Of a DNA stretch of 64,000 bases, positions 31,079 through 40,979 are shown piece after piece. Where the stretch lies: the NCBI GenBank assembly GCA_963760455.1, contig CAVXDM010000040.1:20015-84014 (forward strand), given 5' to 3'. A program made the position numbers and the translations under genes. Positions within the stretch are counted from its first letter, which is position 1, and every line of letters begins with the position of its first letter. This DNA comes from an uncultured Alphaproteobacteria bacterium (GTDB lineage: Bacteria > Pseudomonadota > Alphaproteobacteria > Rhizobiales > Rhodomicrobiaceae). Below the pieces are notes generated by a model. It was not told the DNA's origin and searched no databases. It saw only the letters and a list, made by a program, of their open reading frames with translations.

Positions 31079-32929
31079 CTAGCGATTAGGCTTCACCGCC
31101 GCCGCTGCGCCTCCAGGGTTAATGGAATGGTTGAGCATGTCGCCGATCAGCGCCGTCAGCATTCCGGACGAGGCGTCGCCTTGCCCTACGCTGATCTGCG
31201 GCACGAATTTGTGCGCATTATTGAACAACGCGGCGACAACATCGGGATGCTTCTCGGCGAATTGCAGCACCAACTCGAACTGGCGGAGCTTGACGGTTGC
31301 ATCCTGGCCCAGCACTTCCATCTGCTTCTTCTGGCCTGCGGCGATGGCTTCGAGCTTGTCGCGTTCGCCCATGCCGGAGTTACGCGCCGCCTCCGCGAGC
31401 TGCACCGACCGCTGCACCTCGATTTCCGCTCGCACAAGCTCGCCCTGCTGATCGGCGGTAGCCTTGGCCTTTTCGGACGTAACGCGCTGAGCCTGCGCCG
31501 ATTGCTCCTGCGTGAACGCCTTGGCGAGCTGGGTCGCAAGCTGCTCGCGCCGCACGGCCACCAGCAATTCCGGCGGGATGGCCGGTTCGCCGAGCCTTAC
31601 CTCGCGGATCGTGATGCAGGATTTGCGCGCCTCGGGCCGGATGCGGCGTTCGATCTCAGTCTCGATCAGCGGGCGCTGATTAATGAGGTCGAGCACTTTG
31701 GTGGGCCGGCTGACGGTGACGATGACCGGCTTGCCGTCCTTGTCGTTCACGGGCTTGCCGTTCTCATCGACCTTGACCTCGGTCACTTCGTAGGTGCCGC
31801 CGGCCACATCGCGCGTGATGGCGCGGATGGAGGGCGTCAGGACGCGATCCTCCACCTGCTTGAGCGTGCCAATACCCGCGACAACGCATGCGGCGTCCCC
31901 TGGCCCCACCTGGGCGACGACCCGAAGTTCTAGCGGGACATCCCAGCCTTCCATTTTCAGGAAGATCGCCTTGTCGGCATTCTCCTTATCCATGGGAACT
32001 TCGACTTCGGTGCGGTCCTGCACGATATCGCCCTTGGCATCGACCGTGAGCGCGATCTGAGCGCGCCGGTAGCCGCCTGCATAGGTCCAGACCTGAGCCC
32101 GCGTATCGACATTCGTGATCGCGTATGCATTGGCGTTCAAATAGTATTCGCCCGGCTGGAGAGCCTTCTCCCACACACCGATGCAGCCTACGGGCACGAT
32201 GGGCGCTTCGATATGCTGGCCATCGTTGCGGGCCGTGTCCCCCGCCGCCACGGGATCGCACTTTTCCGGCTTAGCGGCCTTGAGCGTCCCAAAATCGGCG
32301 TCCGCATGCACGTTCGACTTGATGACTCCGACAAAGCCCGCGGGAACCTGAATGGCGTTGGCGATATCGACATCCCAAAGATAATGGTTCAGGCGGTAAC
32401 GGCCCGGTGTCAGGACAGCGGCTTGCGGTCCCCGCTGTCCGCCGTTTTTCAGGAAGTAGGCCGCGTCGTTTATCATGGCGCTGGCGCGCTCCTTGGGAAA
32501 CGGATCGGCATAAGCCTGGCCCGCGCGCAGGGGAGCGCCGTCCTTGGCGGTGAGCAGGCCCACTTTGCCTTGCGGTATTGCGACTTCCGCCTGCCCGGTG
32601 TCGACGGTGTACATCACGTTGATGAGCGGTTCGATGTGCAGGCCGGGCGGCAGAATCCGGGCCTGCGGGCCGTTTTCGCCGTTAGCCGCCACGATCCGGC
32701 CCTCGGGCAGCGATCCGCCGGCATAAATACGGAACAGATGCGCGGAATAGCCGTCGGGTACGTGCACCCAGGAGGTGGATGCAAAGGCGAACAGGATGAT
32801 GACAATGCCTGCGATGCGTATGGCCTGCTGCGGCACCAACGCCAGGTACCGTTCCGGAAGCAGGTGAGGCAAAGCGAACAAAGCGAGCAGCCCGGCGATG
32901 AGCCACACAATCAAACTGGGCATCGGCAA
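31079..32929 (-). CDS. Flotillin-like SPFH/band-7 membrane protein (YqiK family).
   Basis: Intact 616-aa ORF with an N-terminal TM segment, an SPFH domain and a long coiled-coil with EA-rich repeats (ELVRAEIEVQRSVQLAEAAR...). Confidence 0.8.
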   Translation of the reverse strand: MPMPSLIVWLIAGLLALFALPHLLPERYLALVPQQAIRIAGIVIILFAFASTSWVHVPDGYSAHLFRIYAGGSLPEGRIVAANGENGPQARILPPGLHIEPLINVMYTVDTGQAEVAIPQGKVGLLTAKDGAPLRAGQAYADPFPKERASAMINDAAYFLKNGGQRGPQAAVLTPGRYRLNHYLWDVDIANAIQVPAGFVGVIKSNVHADADFGTLKAAKPEKCDPVAAGDTARNDGQHIEAPIVPVGCIGVWEKALQPGEYYLNANAYAITNVDTRAQVWTYAGGYRRAQIALTVDAKGDIVQDRTEVEVPMDKENADKAIFLKMEGWDVPLELRVVAQVGPGDAACVVAGIGTLKQVEDRVLTPSIRAITRDVAGGTYEVTEVKVDENGKPVNDKDGKPVIVTVSRPTKVLDLINQRPLIETEIERRIRPEARKSCITIREVRLGEPAIPPELLVAVRREQLATQLAKAFTQEQSAQAQRVTSEKAKATADQQGELVRAEIEVQRSVQLAEAARNSGMGERDKLEAIAAGQKKQMEVLGQDATVKLRQFELVLQFAEKHPDVVAALFNNAHKFVPQISVGQGDASSGMLTALIGDMLNHSINPGGAAAAVKPNR

Positions 32930-33080
32930 ATCCCTTCAACAGCGAGATCAAATTGAGCACCCCGTTGATTTAACGCCGGATTACGGCAAAGTGGCGCTTG
33001 TCCCGCCGGATCGCAGGACAGATTTCCGCCAATTTTCCGCCGGCAGAAACTCGCAATCCAGCACCTCATGCGGCAGTGGC

Positions 33081-33178
33081 GTCATCCCGGAAATGCCGGA
33101 GGCATTATCCGGAAGCTTTATGGACGCGGGCGATTGTTGCGATCCCGGATACCGGCAAGCCGCTTCCGGGATGACGGG
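33081..33178. repeat. Family-2 palindromic repeat (gtcatcccggaaa...tccgggatgacg).
   Basis: Outer inverted ends gtcatcccgg/ccgggatgac with internal ttatccgga/gatcccggat sub-palindromes. There are six copies in the window. Confidence 0.8.
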
Positions 33179-33192
33179 CGTAAAGCCTGTCC

Positions 33193-33669
33193 CTACCCCC
33201 GGTGATACGGGTGCCCCTGCATGATGGTGACGGCGCGGTAGAGTTGCTCGGCGAGGACGATGCGCACGAGGCCATGCGGCAGGGTCATCCGCCCGAGCGA
33301 GAGCTGGAAATGCGCGGAGGATTTGACCGCCTCGCCGTGGCCGTCCGGGCCGCCGATGGCAAAGGCCACGTCCAGCGCCTCGTCGCGAAGCCTCGAAAAC
33401 ATGGCGGTGAACTCGTAGGAGGTCAGCTCCTTGCCGCCTTCATCCAGGGCGATCAGCCGGTGCGCGCCGAGCTTCGCAAGCAACTCCGCCGCCTCGTCCT
33501 CCTTGCGCTCCTCGACCGTCTGTGCCCGGCTTTCGCCGATCTCAACGATATTGAGGGGCATGATGCGAAGATTGCGCGCGGATGCGTTGAACAGGTCGTA
33601 ATAGCGGTTGAATTGGGTCTGCTCAGCGCCGCTCTTGAGCCGGCCGACGGCCAGAATCGAGATCTTCAT
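33193..33669 (-). CDS. rlmH: 23S rRNA (pseudouridine1915-N3)-methyltransferase RlmH.
   Basis: Intact 158-aa ORF with an SPOUT-family fold (MKISILAVGRLK...). It lies immediately downstream of rsfS, which is the conserved arrangement. Confidence 0.85.
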   Translation of the reverse strand: MKISILAVGRLKSGAEQTQFNRYYDLFNASARNLRIMPLNIVEIGESRAQTVEERKEDEAAELLAKLGAHRLIALDEGGKELTSYEFTAMFSRLRDEALDVAFAIGGPDGHGEAVKSSAHFQLSLGRMTLPHGLVRIVLAEQLYRAVTIMQGHPYHRG

Positions 33670-33693
33670 TCCAGCCGTCCGCCTGCTAATGCG

Positions 33694-34066
33694 CTATTGC
33701 GCCGCTTCCAGCTTCGGCTTGTCGGACCCCCACATCTTTTCGATGTTGTAGAAGGCCCGGGCTTCCGGGCGGAAGACATGGATGACGATATCGCCCGCAT
33801 CGATCAAGACCCAATCGCAGAGCGGCATTCCTTCGAACTCTTGTATCGCGAATGCCCGCCTCCTTCAACTTATCGAGGAGCTTGTCCGCGATTGCGCCCA
33901 CATGACGTTGCGAGCGTCCCGAGGCCACGACCATATAGTCGGCGAGCGACGTTTTGCCTGCCAGCGGGATGGTGACGATTTCCTCGGCCTTTGAGTTGTC
34001 GAGCGTTTCGGCGATTAGGGGGAGGAAAGAGGCGGAAGCCGCAGCGGCGCCTTTTGCGCGGCGCGG
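33694..34066 (-). CDS. rsfS: Ribosomal silencing factor RsfS (Iojap). One frame break near 33830 and an uncertain N-terminus.
   Basis: ...IPLAGKTSLADYMVVASGRSQRHVGAIADKLLDKLKEAGI. After the break the alternate frame gives EGMPLCDWVLIDAGDIVIHVFRPEARAFYNIEKMWG...Q*. Confidence 0.75.
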
Positions 34067-34271
34067 GGCGAGCCCGGTGGACTCCTGTTTCGACGCGTTA
34101 AGCCTCAGCGTGAAGACCCTTCTCTTGAATTATGGCCAGGCAATGCTCCGGTTACTACACCTGGACAACCAAAATGTGCATCAGTTTTGCTTCATTTTCA
34201 AGACTGCGCTTCTAATTCTTGATAGCGTTCGTGCGCAGCTTGCGCCTGCACGCAGGGCGTCTCAAGCGACG

Positions 34272-34442
34272 CCCAGTAGCCTGCGTCGCCCAATTTGAGG
34301 GGATCTACCTCGATCTTTTCCGCCGTGACAAGCCTGAACAGCTTGACTGTATGTTCAATACAGCCTGCACCGTTCAGCCTCGCCACAGCGAAAAATCTCA
34401 GCTGAATATCCCCTCAAATTGAGTGACGCAGGCTACTAGCAG
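34272..34442. mobile_element. Miniature inverted-repeat element (about 170 bp) with 31-bp terminal inverted repeats.
   Basis: The left end is agtagcctgcgtcgcccaatttgaggggat and the right end is atcccctcaaattgagtgacgcaggctact. The interior is low-GC with nested palindromes (ctgaacag...ctgcaccgttcag and ctgtatgttcaatacag). Confidence 0.6.
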
Positions 34443-34645
34443 CCGGTTTACGGCAATAGCACCGGCCTGTATTCCAAAAGCATCGTGACGTATCGATACC
34501 ATTTGCCGCTCCAGATGACGCCGCGCCGCTCGAAAACGTCTGTGATTCCCTGGCGGATGCGGTTGTCCTTCAACTTCCCGCGAGCGGTGCGCCCCAGGCC
34601 GGCTGGCGGCCACAAATACCAAGGTATTGGATTGACCTGCGTCAC

Positions 34646-34658
34646 GTAATAACATTAC
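34646..34658 (+). promoter_or_regulatory. Zur-box-like palindrome (gtaataacattac) abutting the zur start, just downstream of TTGACC at 34632.
   Basis: GTAAT-aac-ATTAC resembles the AT-rich Zur operator core (TAATGTTA/TAACATTA). It is positioned to autoregulate zur-znuCB. Confidence 0.35.
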
Positions 34659-35171
34659 ATGGTGGGCATGGCCGAGCGAAAAGAACCCTCATTTCCCGTG
34701 CGCGATCACGATCATGGCGTATGTGTAGCGGGCGCGCTGGGCCGCGCGAAGCTGCGCTGCGAGGAGAAGGGCATCAAGTGGACGGCGCTGCGCGAGCAGG
34801 TCTTCCAGCACGTCACCGCGAGCCACCGGCCCATCAGCGCCTACGATTTGATCGAAAGCCTGGCCAAGGACGGAAAGCGCCTTGCGCCGGTCTCGGTCTA
34901 CCGCATCCTGGATGTGCTGCGGGAGGCAGGCATCGTGCACAGGCTCGAAAGCCGCAACGCCTTTTTCGCCTGCATGACCGGGCACTATGGAGAGCGGCAG
35001 ACGGTTGCTTTCGTGTGCCGCGAATGCGAGTGCGTGACCGAGGCGGAGGCGCCGGAGGCGTTCCGGGCAATTGGTGAGGTCTCGGAGGCGACGGGATTTC
35101 GTCCGCTTGCCATCATGGTCGAGGTGAACGGAACCTGCGCCGAGTGCCGCGAGGGGGCAGCGCCATGCTGA
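34659..35171 (+). CDS. zur: Zinc uptake regulator (Fur family).
   Basis: A Fur-family fold with a C-terminal CxxC...CxxC (CRECECV...CAECREG). The stop overlaps the znuC start (ATGCTGA). Confidence 0.8.
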   Translation: MVGMAERKEPSFPVRDHDHGVCVAGALGRAKLRCEEKGIKWTALREQVFQHVTASHRPISAYDLIESLAKDGKRLAPVSVYRILDVLREAGIVHRLESRNAFFACMTGHYGERQTVAFVCRECECVTEAEAPEAFRAIGEVSEATGFRPLAIMVEVNGTCAECREGAAPC

Positions 35172-35982
35172 TGGTGCCCAAGGCTTCCGCCGGTCCCCAC
35201 GAGCATGCCGCTGGAGCGAAAGGGGCAGCGGGGCCGCGTCGAACCGATGCCCTTGCCTCCGCGTCCGATGTCTCGCTCTACTTTCGCGGTAAGCTCGTGC
35301 TCGAACACGTCAGCATCGCCGTTCATCCTTCCGAGATCGTAACCCTGATCGGACCGAATGGCGCGGGCAAGACCACGCTTGCCCGCATGCTGCTGGGCCT
35401 GGTCAAGCCGTCGAGCGGCACGGCCGCCGGCGCGAGGCTTTGCGCGTTGGCTACGTGCCGCAGCGTGTCGCAACCGACTGGATCATTCCGCTTACCGTGC
35501 GGCGCTTTATGTCGCTGAGCCAGCCCGTCTCCAAGGCGCGCGCGCATGAATGTCTTGGGGAGACGGGGGCTGCGCATTTGATGGATGCGCAGATGGCGGA
35601 GCTTTCGGGCGGAGAGTTCCAGCGCGTGGCGCTGGCGCGGGCGCTGGCGCGCGATCCTGAACTCCTGGTGCTGGACGAGCCCGCGCAGGCCATCGATTTT
35701 TCCGGCGCGGCGAGGCTCTACGAGCTGATCGGGGCCATCCGGCAGCGGCGCGGCTGCGGCATCCTGCTGATCTCCCACGACCTGCAAGTGGTGCTAGCCG
35801 CCAGCGACCGCGTTGTCTGCCTGAACCGGCATATCTGCTGCGAGGGTGTGCCGGAGGCGGTGGCGGGCCATCCAGAGTATGTGCGGCTGTTCGGGCCGGA
35901 GGCGGCGCGCAGCTTCGGTCTCTACGAGCACCACCACGATCACACGCACACCCTTTCCGGCGACGTTTCATGCGGCGGGTAG
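35165..35982 (+). CDS. znuC: Zinc ABC transporter ATP-binding protein ZnuC (one frame break near 35430).
   Basis: Walker A LIGPNGAGKTTL in the 35144 frame. LSGGEFQRVALARAL, LLVLDEP and a His-rich C-terminus (HHHDHTH) in the 35440 frame. Confidence 0.8.
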
Positions 35983-36173
35983 GCTGGGGCCGTCATCGCG
36001 AGGCTGCAAAGCAGCCACGGCGATCCGGTGCGGCTCGCACGGCGCATGGATTTGCGGCTCCTGGATTGCTTCGAGGCGCTGCCCCTAGGAAGAAACCCGC
36101 AGTTTCATCTAGAAGGGCCGGCCACTCCAGCCTGTGCGAAGCTCGCAATGACGTTAATGGTGTGCGCTGTCCG

Positions 36174-36270
36174 TCATCCCGGAAACGACGCAGGCGTTAT
36201 CCGGGATCGTTGCAGAAACCGGCGCCCGTGAAGATCCCGGATAAGGCGCAAGCACCTTTCCGGGATGACG
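36174..36270. repeat. Family-2 palindromic repeat inserted between znuC and znuB.
   Basis: gtcatcccggaaacgacgcaggcgttatccgggatcg...gatcccggataaggcgcaagcacctttccgggatgacg. Confidence 0.8.
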
Positions 36271-36291
36271 GGGTTGCGGCGGAGGGGCGCG

Positions 36292-37089
36292 ATGCTTGAC
36301 GATTTTCTGACGCGCGCGGCGCTGGCCGGCATCGGTACGGCCATTCTGGCGGCGCCGCTGGGCTGCTTCGTGGTGTGGCGGCGGATGGCCTATTTCGGCG
36401 AGACGATTGCCTATTCCGGGCTACTGGGCGTGGCGCTAGGCTTCCTGCTGGGCATCGACCTGACGCTGGGCGTGATCGCGACGGCGATCGCCATGGCACT
36501 GCTGCTCACCGCTTTCCAGGCCCAGCGAAAGATACCTTACGACACGCTGCTTGGTATCCTGGCCCACACGGCGCTGGCGGCGGGGCTGATCGCGGCGAGC
36601 TTCGTGGGCGGCGCGCGCCTCGATCTCATGGGCTATCTCTTTGGCGATATTCTCGCGGTCTCCAAGACCGATCTCGCCTGGATTTGGGGCGGCGCGATTG
36701 CCGTTCTTGCCGGGCTGTTCCGGCTCTGGCGGCCGCTTTTGGCCATGACGGTGAACGAGGATTTGGCAGAGGCGGAGGGCGTGCCCGTGCGGCGGACGGG
36801 AACGGCATTCATCCTGCTCATTGCGGTGACGGTGGCGCTCGCCATGAAGGTGGTCGGCATTCTGCTCATCACCTCGCTCATGATCTTCCCGACAGCGGCC
36901 GCGCGGCCCTTCGCGAAGACGCCGGAGCAGATGGCGGCGCTGGCAGGCGCGGGCGCCGCGGTGGCGGTCTGCGGCGGGCTCTACTTGTCGCTCAAGTTCG
37001 ATACCGCCGCCGGGCCGTCCATCGTGATCGCGCTGGCCGCGCTGTTCTTCCTGGTGGCCGCGCCAGCGCTCGCGTTTCGCGGACGCTGA
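36292..37089 (+). CDS. znuB: Zinc ABC transporter permease ZnuB.
   Basis: Intact ORF with about 8 TM helices and the ABC-3 family signature. Confidence 0.8.
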   Translation: MLDDFLTRAALAGIGTAILAAPLGCFVVWRRMAYFGETIAYSGLLGVALGFLLGIDLTLGVIATAIAMALLLTAFQAQRKIPYDTLLGILAHTALAAGLIAASFVGGARLDLMGYLFGDILAVSKTDLAWIWGGAIAVLAGLFRLWRPLLAMTVNEDLAEAEGVPVRRTGTAFILLIAVTVALAMKVVGILLITSLMIFPTAAARPFAKTPEQMAALAGAGAAVAVCGGLYLSLKFDTAAGPSIVIALAALFFLVAAPALAFRGR

Positions 37090-37105
37090 CGCGGGGCCAG
37101 CCGGC

Positions 37106-37753
37106 TTAGTTCATGTTGCTGATGTAAGCGCAGACCGCTTCGATCTGCGAATGCGATAGTCTATGCTCGACGGGCGATTTTACTGCCGATGAACCTTCTC
37201 TCGCGTGCTCGTTGTTCACGATGGACCAAAGCGAGAGCACCTTCACGGCGTACGGATAGATCTGGCCTGCCACCCGGGGAACCATGCCTGAGCCCTTGCC
37301 TTCGGCGCCGTGACAGCTGGCACAAGCTGGAACGTTATCCTGGGGAACGCCCTCTTCATAGATCCTTCTTCCCGCGGGGACCAGATCTTGCGGTCCGGGG
37401 CCGGCGGGGGGAGGATTGAGCTTGGAAAAATGATCGAATACCTCGCCGCGCTTTTGCGGGTTCATGCTGGCTAAAGCAGGGGCCACGAAGGCATCGGTGG
37501 TGGCATTGTCACGCTTATGTTCAAGGATGACTTCCGCCTTGGCTTGAAGATAGGCGAAGGGCTGGCCTGCGAGCCGTGGCACCGGGTAGGCGCCCTGGAA
37601 GCCTTGGCCCTGCTGCCCGTGACAATCCTTGCAGTATCGGATCTTCGCCTCGACGGTTTGTTTGTCGCCGCTATCCTGCGCGCTGCTGGCGGCCGGGAAA
37701 ACAACCGCCAAAAGCCCCGCATATAGTGCTAATCGCAAGCCGGTATATTTCAT
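37106..37753 (-). CDS. Diheme cytochrome c4-family protein, periplasmic.
   Basis: A signal peptide followed by two CxxCH motifs (CKDCHG, CASCHG), each followed by a Met-containing distal segment. Confidence 0.8.
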   Translation of the reverse strand: MKYTGLRLALYAGLLAVVFPAASSAQDSGDKQTVEAKIRYCKDCHGQQGQGFQGAYPVPRLAGQPFAYLQAKAEVILEHKRDNATTDAFVAPALASMNPQKRGEVFDHFSKLNPPPAGPGPQDLVPAGRRIYEEGVPQDNVPACASCHGAEGKGSGMVPRVAGQIYPYAVKVLSLWSIVNNEHAREGSSAVKSPVEHRLSHSQIEAVCAYISNMN

Positions 37754-38114
37754 GATCTGCCTCCGACGTCTTATTGTTATAGGTGGAAGGAAAAGTGAAT
37801 CCCATTCATGCCGGTGCGCCGCACGTCTTAACGCCCCTGTCTGCTGCGGCGAAGGCCATTAATGGTTCCGGCAGCACGGCCTTGCCCCAAGCTGTGCAAT
37901 ACACAATGAAAATCAAAAGTACGCGATTGTCCAGGGCTGACCAATGTCAAAGCTCGGCTCAAGGCTGCGGCTTTGCCTGATGGCGCCTGCGCGGCAGCCG
38001 CGCCAGTTTCGATTTTGCTTTATTTATTGGCCTATTAAGCTCCGCTAAAGGCTATCTCCTGCTCCGGCAAGGTAGACAAAAGGCGAAGAAAAAACGGCTA
38101 TCGCTTCGCGGCCG

Positions 38115-38128
38115 ATTGACATAAATCA
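38115..38128 (+). promoter_or_regulatory. FNR/FixK-type box TTGACATAAATCAA (TTGA-N6-TCAA) in the divergent region between the c4 gene and ctaB.
   Basis: Exact match to the anaerobox half-sites. It lies about 100 bp upstream of ctaB. A near-identical box lies upstream of the cyc2-like gene at 45901. Confidence 0.45.
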
Positions 38129-38228
38129 ACACGCACTTAGCGAAAACGCGACAATCTGACCCTTGAGGGCGTCAAAATGCCCCACCCGGTGAAGGAGCCG
38201 AGGAAAAGAAGAGGATTCGAGCGAAACT

Positions 38229-39164
38229 GTGGGGGGCACGATGGCCGAGGTGGTCAAGGTTGTAGCTGGCCGCGAGTCAGTTAAGCAGCGCGAAGGCATC
38301 GCAGCCCGTGTCCCCGATCATTTGGCACTGCTGAAGCCCCGCGTGATGTCGCTGGTCGTATTCACCGGAGGCGTCGGAATGGCTGCCGCACCCGGACATA
38401 TCGATTTCGCACATGCGGTGGCGACGCTTGTTTGCATGGCCGGAGGGGCCGGCGGCTGCGGCGCGCTCAACATGTGGTACGACGCCGATATCGACGGCAT
38501 CATGCAAAGGACGGCGGGCCGGCCCATTCCGGCCAACAGGGTCGCGGCGCGCGAGGCGCTTATCGCCGGAGCGCTGCTTTGCGTTCTGTCGGTCCTGACG
38601 CTCGGGCTGCTGGTCAACCTCGCTGCCGCGGCGTTCCTTGCCCTCACCATCGCCATCTATGTGCCGTTCTACACCATGTTCCTGAAGCGCCGCACCGCGC
38701 AGAACATCGTTCTTGGCGGCGCCGCTGGCGCCTTGCCGCCGGTTATCGGCTGGGCTGCCGTGACCGGAAGCGCAGGTCTCGGCGCCTTGTCGTTATTCCT
38801 CATCATCTTTCTCTGGACGCCGCCGCATTTCTGGGCGCTCGCGATCTGCCGCTCCACCGACTACGAGCGGGCGAACATCCCGATGCTGCCGGTGATCGTA
38901 GGGCCTCAAGAGACGGCCCGCCAGATACTCATCTACTCTGTGGTGCTCGTTGCGGCTTCTTTCTTGCCTGCGCTGCTTGGGCTTGGGGGCATCGTCTACA
39001 CGGCCTTGGCTGCCGTACTGGGCGCGATCTTCGTGCTCCGGGCGTTCGCCGTCCAGCGGGCACACGAAAAGGAAAGCCGCAACAAGGCGGCATATAGACT
39101 GTTCGGCTTCTCCATTTTCTACATGTTCGCATTGTTCGTCGCGCTGCTGGCCACCGCCCTTTGA
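38229..39164 (+). CDS. ctaB: Protoheme IX farnesyltransferase (heme O synthase).
   Basis: Intact ORF of UbiA-family polytopic topology with the CyoE/CtaB signature. Confidence 0.85.
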   Translation: MGGTMAEVVKVVAGRESVKQREGIAARVPDHLALLKPRVMSLVVFTGGVGMAAAPGHIDFAHAVATLVCMAGGAGGCGALNMWYDADIDGIMQRTAGRPIPANRVAAREALIAGALLCVLSVLTLGLLVNLAAAAFLALTIAIYVPFYTMFLKRRTAQNIVLGGAAGALPPVIGWAAVTGSAGLGALSLFLIIFLWTPPHFWALAICRSTDYERANIPMLPVIVGPQETARQILIYSVVLVAASFLPALLGLGGIVYTALAAVLGAIFVLRAFAVQRAHEKESRNKAAYRLFGFSIFYMFALFVALLATAL

Positions 39165-39327
39165 GGCGTTCGGCCACAGTCTTCAAACATGGGAGAGACA
39201 GAGAGGCAGGGCGCGCAATTGCTTGTTACGAGCGAAGCGCGGCCAAGTTGAGGCTGTGTATTTAGCGCAGACTTAATCTTGGGTTGAACTGTGGGACTAA
39301 CGGAAGGGTAACGGGGAGAGGAAGTTT

Positions 39328-40092
39328 ATGTCTACACATGCAGATACACATGGCCATGCCCATCATTGGGAGTGGAGCTGGGCGCCAGCCGCGATTTCGC
39401 TCGCGGCTTTGTGCTTCACCCTCGGATTTACATTGTTCTTCGTTTACGGCGCTACGATGCCTGCGATTGTCTGCGCGGGCCTCATGGTGCCGCTTATCCT
39501 CGCCGGGATTGCCAAGTGGATGAGCGAACATGGGCAGGCGACCGTGCCCGCGTTGAACAGCCTCGGATTGGCCCTGTTCATCTTCGGTGAAATCCTGATC
39601 TTCCTGGGCCTCTTCGCGGCTTACTGGACGCTGCGGGTTTCTACCGGCGCGGCTGACCAGCCCTGGCCACCAGCGGGCACGCCCGAGATCAACCATGTGC
39701 TGCCGCTGATTATGACGGCGATCCTGGTTACGTCGAGCCTTACCTACCATCAGGCGGAAAAGGCGTATGAGGAAGGCCACGGCGGTTTCACCTTCTGGGT
39801 GCTTATCACGCTTGTTCTTGGCATCGCCTTCGTTAGCTGCACCGGCTACGAGTATACCAATCTGTGGCATGAAGGCTTCAAGCCCGGCACGAACCAGTTT
39901 TCGACGCCCTTCTACGTGCTGACCGGCTTCCACGGCACGCACGTGATTGTTGGGCTCGTGGCGTTCATTTCGGTCCTGTTCGGCGTGTGGTCCGGCAAGG
40001 CGCACAAGTCGCTGGTTAAATTGGCCGGCGTTTACTGGCACTTCGTCGACATCGTGTGGTTCTTCGTCGCCTCTCAGGTCTACTTCTGGTAG
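39328..40092 (+). CDS. coxC: Cytochrome c oxidase subunit III.
   Basis: Intact 254-aa ORF, heme-copper oxidase subunit III family (HHWEWSW..., ...YWHFVDIVWFFV). Confidence 0.85.
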   Translation: MSTHADTHGHAHHWEWSWAPAAISLAALCFTLGFTLFFVYGATMPAIVCAGLMVPLILAGIAKWMSEHGQATVPALNSLGLALFIFGEILIFLGLFAAYWTLRVSTGAADQPWPPAGTPEINHVLPLIMTAILVTSSLTYHQAEKAYEEGHGGFTFWVLITLVLGIAFVSCTGYEYTNLWHEGFKPGTNQFSTPFYVLTGFHGTHVIVGLVAFISVLFGVWSGKAHKSLVKLAGVYWHFVDIVWFFVASQVYFW

Positions 40093-40115
40093 GGCGCGCG
40101 GGGCGGAGCTGGAAC

Positions 40116-40979
40116 ATGGGCAGGGTTTCCTCCAAATTGGCCGCTTATGTGGTGGCAGCGCTTGCGGGATGGGCAAGCGCTGGACCCGCCGGCGCCCAAT
40201 GGTGGCACCCGCCCGTCTCCGATATCGATCCCAGGCTCATGTACATCGACGAGCAGGGTGTTTTGGGCAACAAGATCGACCCTAACACTCAGCTCGTCGA
40301 CGATCAGGGCAGGATGTTCCGCTGGGAGGAGATGCTCGGAAAGCCGTTCATCCTGGTGCTATCGTATTACACCTGCGATGGAAGCTGCTCCGCCATCAAC
40401 GGCGCGCTCGCCGGCCTCCTGAAGGACGTGAAGGCAATGAAGCCGGGGGAGGATTTCAAGATCCTCACTGTGTCCTTCGACCATCATGACACGCAGCAAA
40501 CGACGGTAGCATTCAAGAAGCACTTGAGCCTGCCGGCGAACTTAGCAAGTGCGTGGACGCTTGCGACCTTCAAGAGCGAGGAAGACCTGAAGAAGCAGAC
40601 CGCTCGAGTGGGCTTTAAGTTCTTCTGGTCGCCACAGGATAAATCCTTCGTTCATCCAGGAGTTTTTCTGTTCTTCTCGCCAGAGGGTAGACTGAGCCGC
40701 GTTTTGTATCAGCAAGACGCTGGCCCGCGCGACGTGGAGCTAGCGCTCCTCGACGCTAATATCGACCATATCAAGGCCACCGAGGTCAGCAATCTGCTGT
40801 TAACACTTTGTTACAGCTACAATTTCAAAGATGGCAAGTATCAGCTCAACATACCGTTGTATGTCGGGGCTGGGGCATTGCTCTTTGGGTTTCTGACCTT
40901 ATCCGGTTCTTTGATCTTCTATAAAGTAAGAAGGAAGGGGAGAGTTATGAAAGGGGCAAATCATGCGCAAATGGCGTAA
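40116..40979 (+). CDS. SCO1/SenC-family thioredoxin-fold copper chaperone, with a C-terminal TM anchor.
   Basis: FILVLSYYTCDGSCSAI is a CxxxC motif within a thioredoxin-like fold. It sits between coxC and coxB. Confidence 0.65.
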   Translation: MGRVSSKLAAYVVAALAGWASAGPAGAQWWHPPVSDIDPRLMYIDEQGVLGNKIDPNTQLVDDQGRMFRWEEMLGKPFILVLSYYTCDGSCSAINGALAGLLKDVKAMKPGEDFKILTVSFDHHDTQQTTVAFKKHLSLPANLASAWTLATFKSEEDLKKQTARVGFKFFWSPQDKSFVHPGVFLFFSPEGRLSRVLYQQDAGPRDVELALLDANIDHIKATEVSNLLLTLCYSYNFKDGKYQLNIPLYVGAGALLFGFLTLSGSLIFYKVRRKGRVMKGANHAQMA

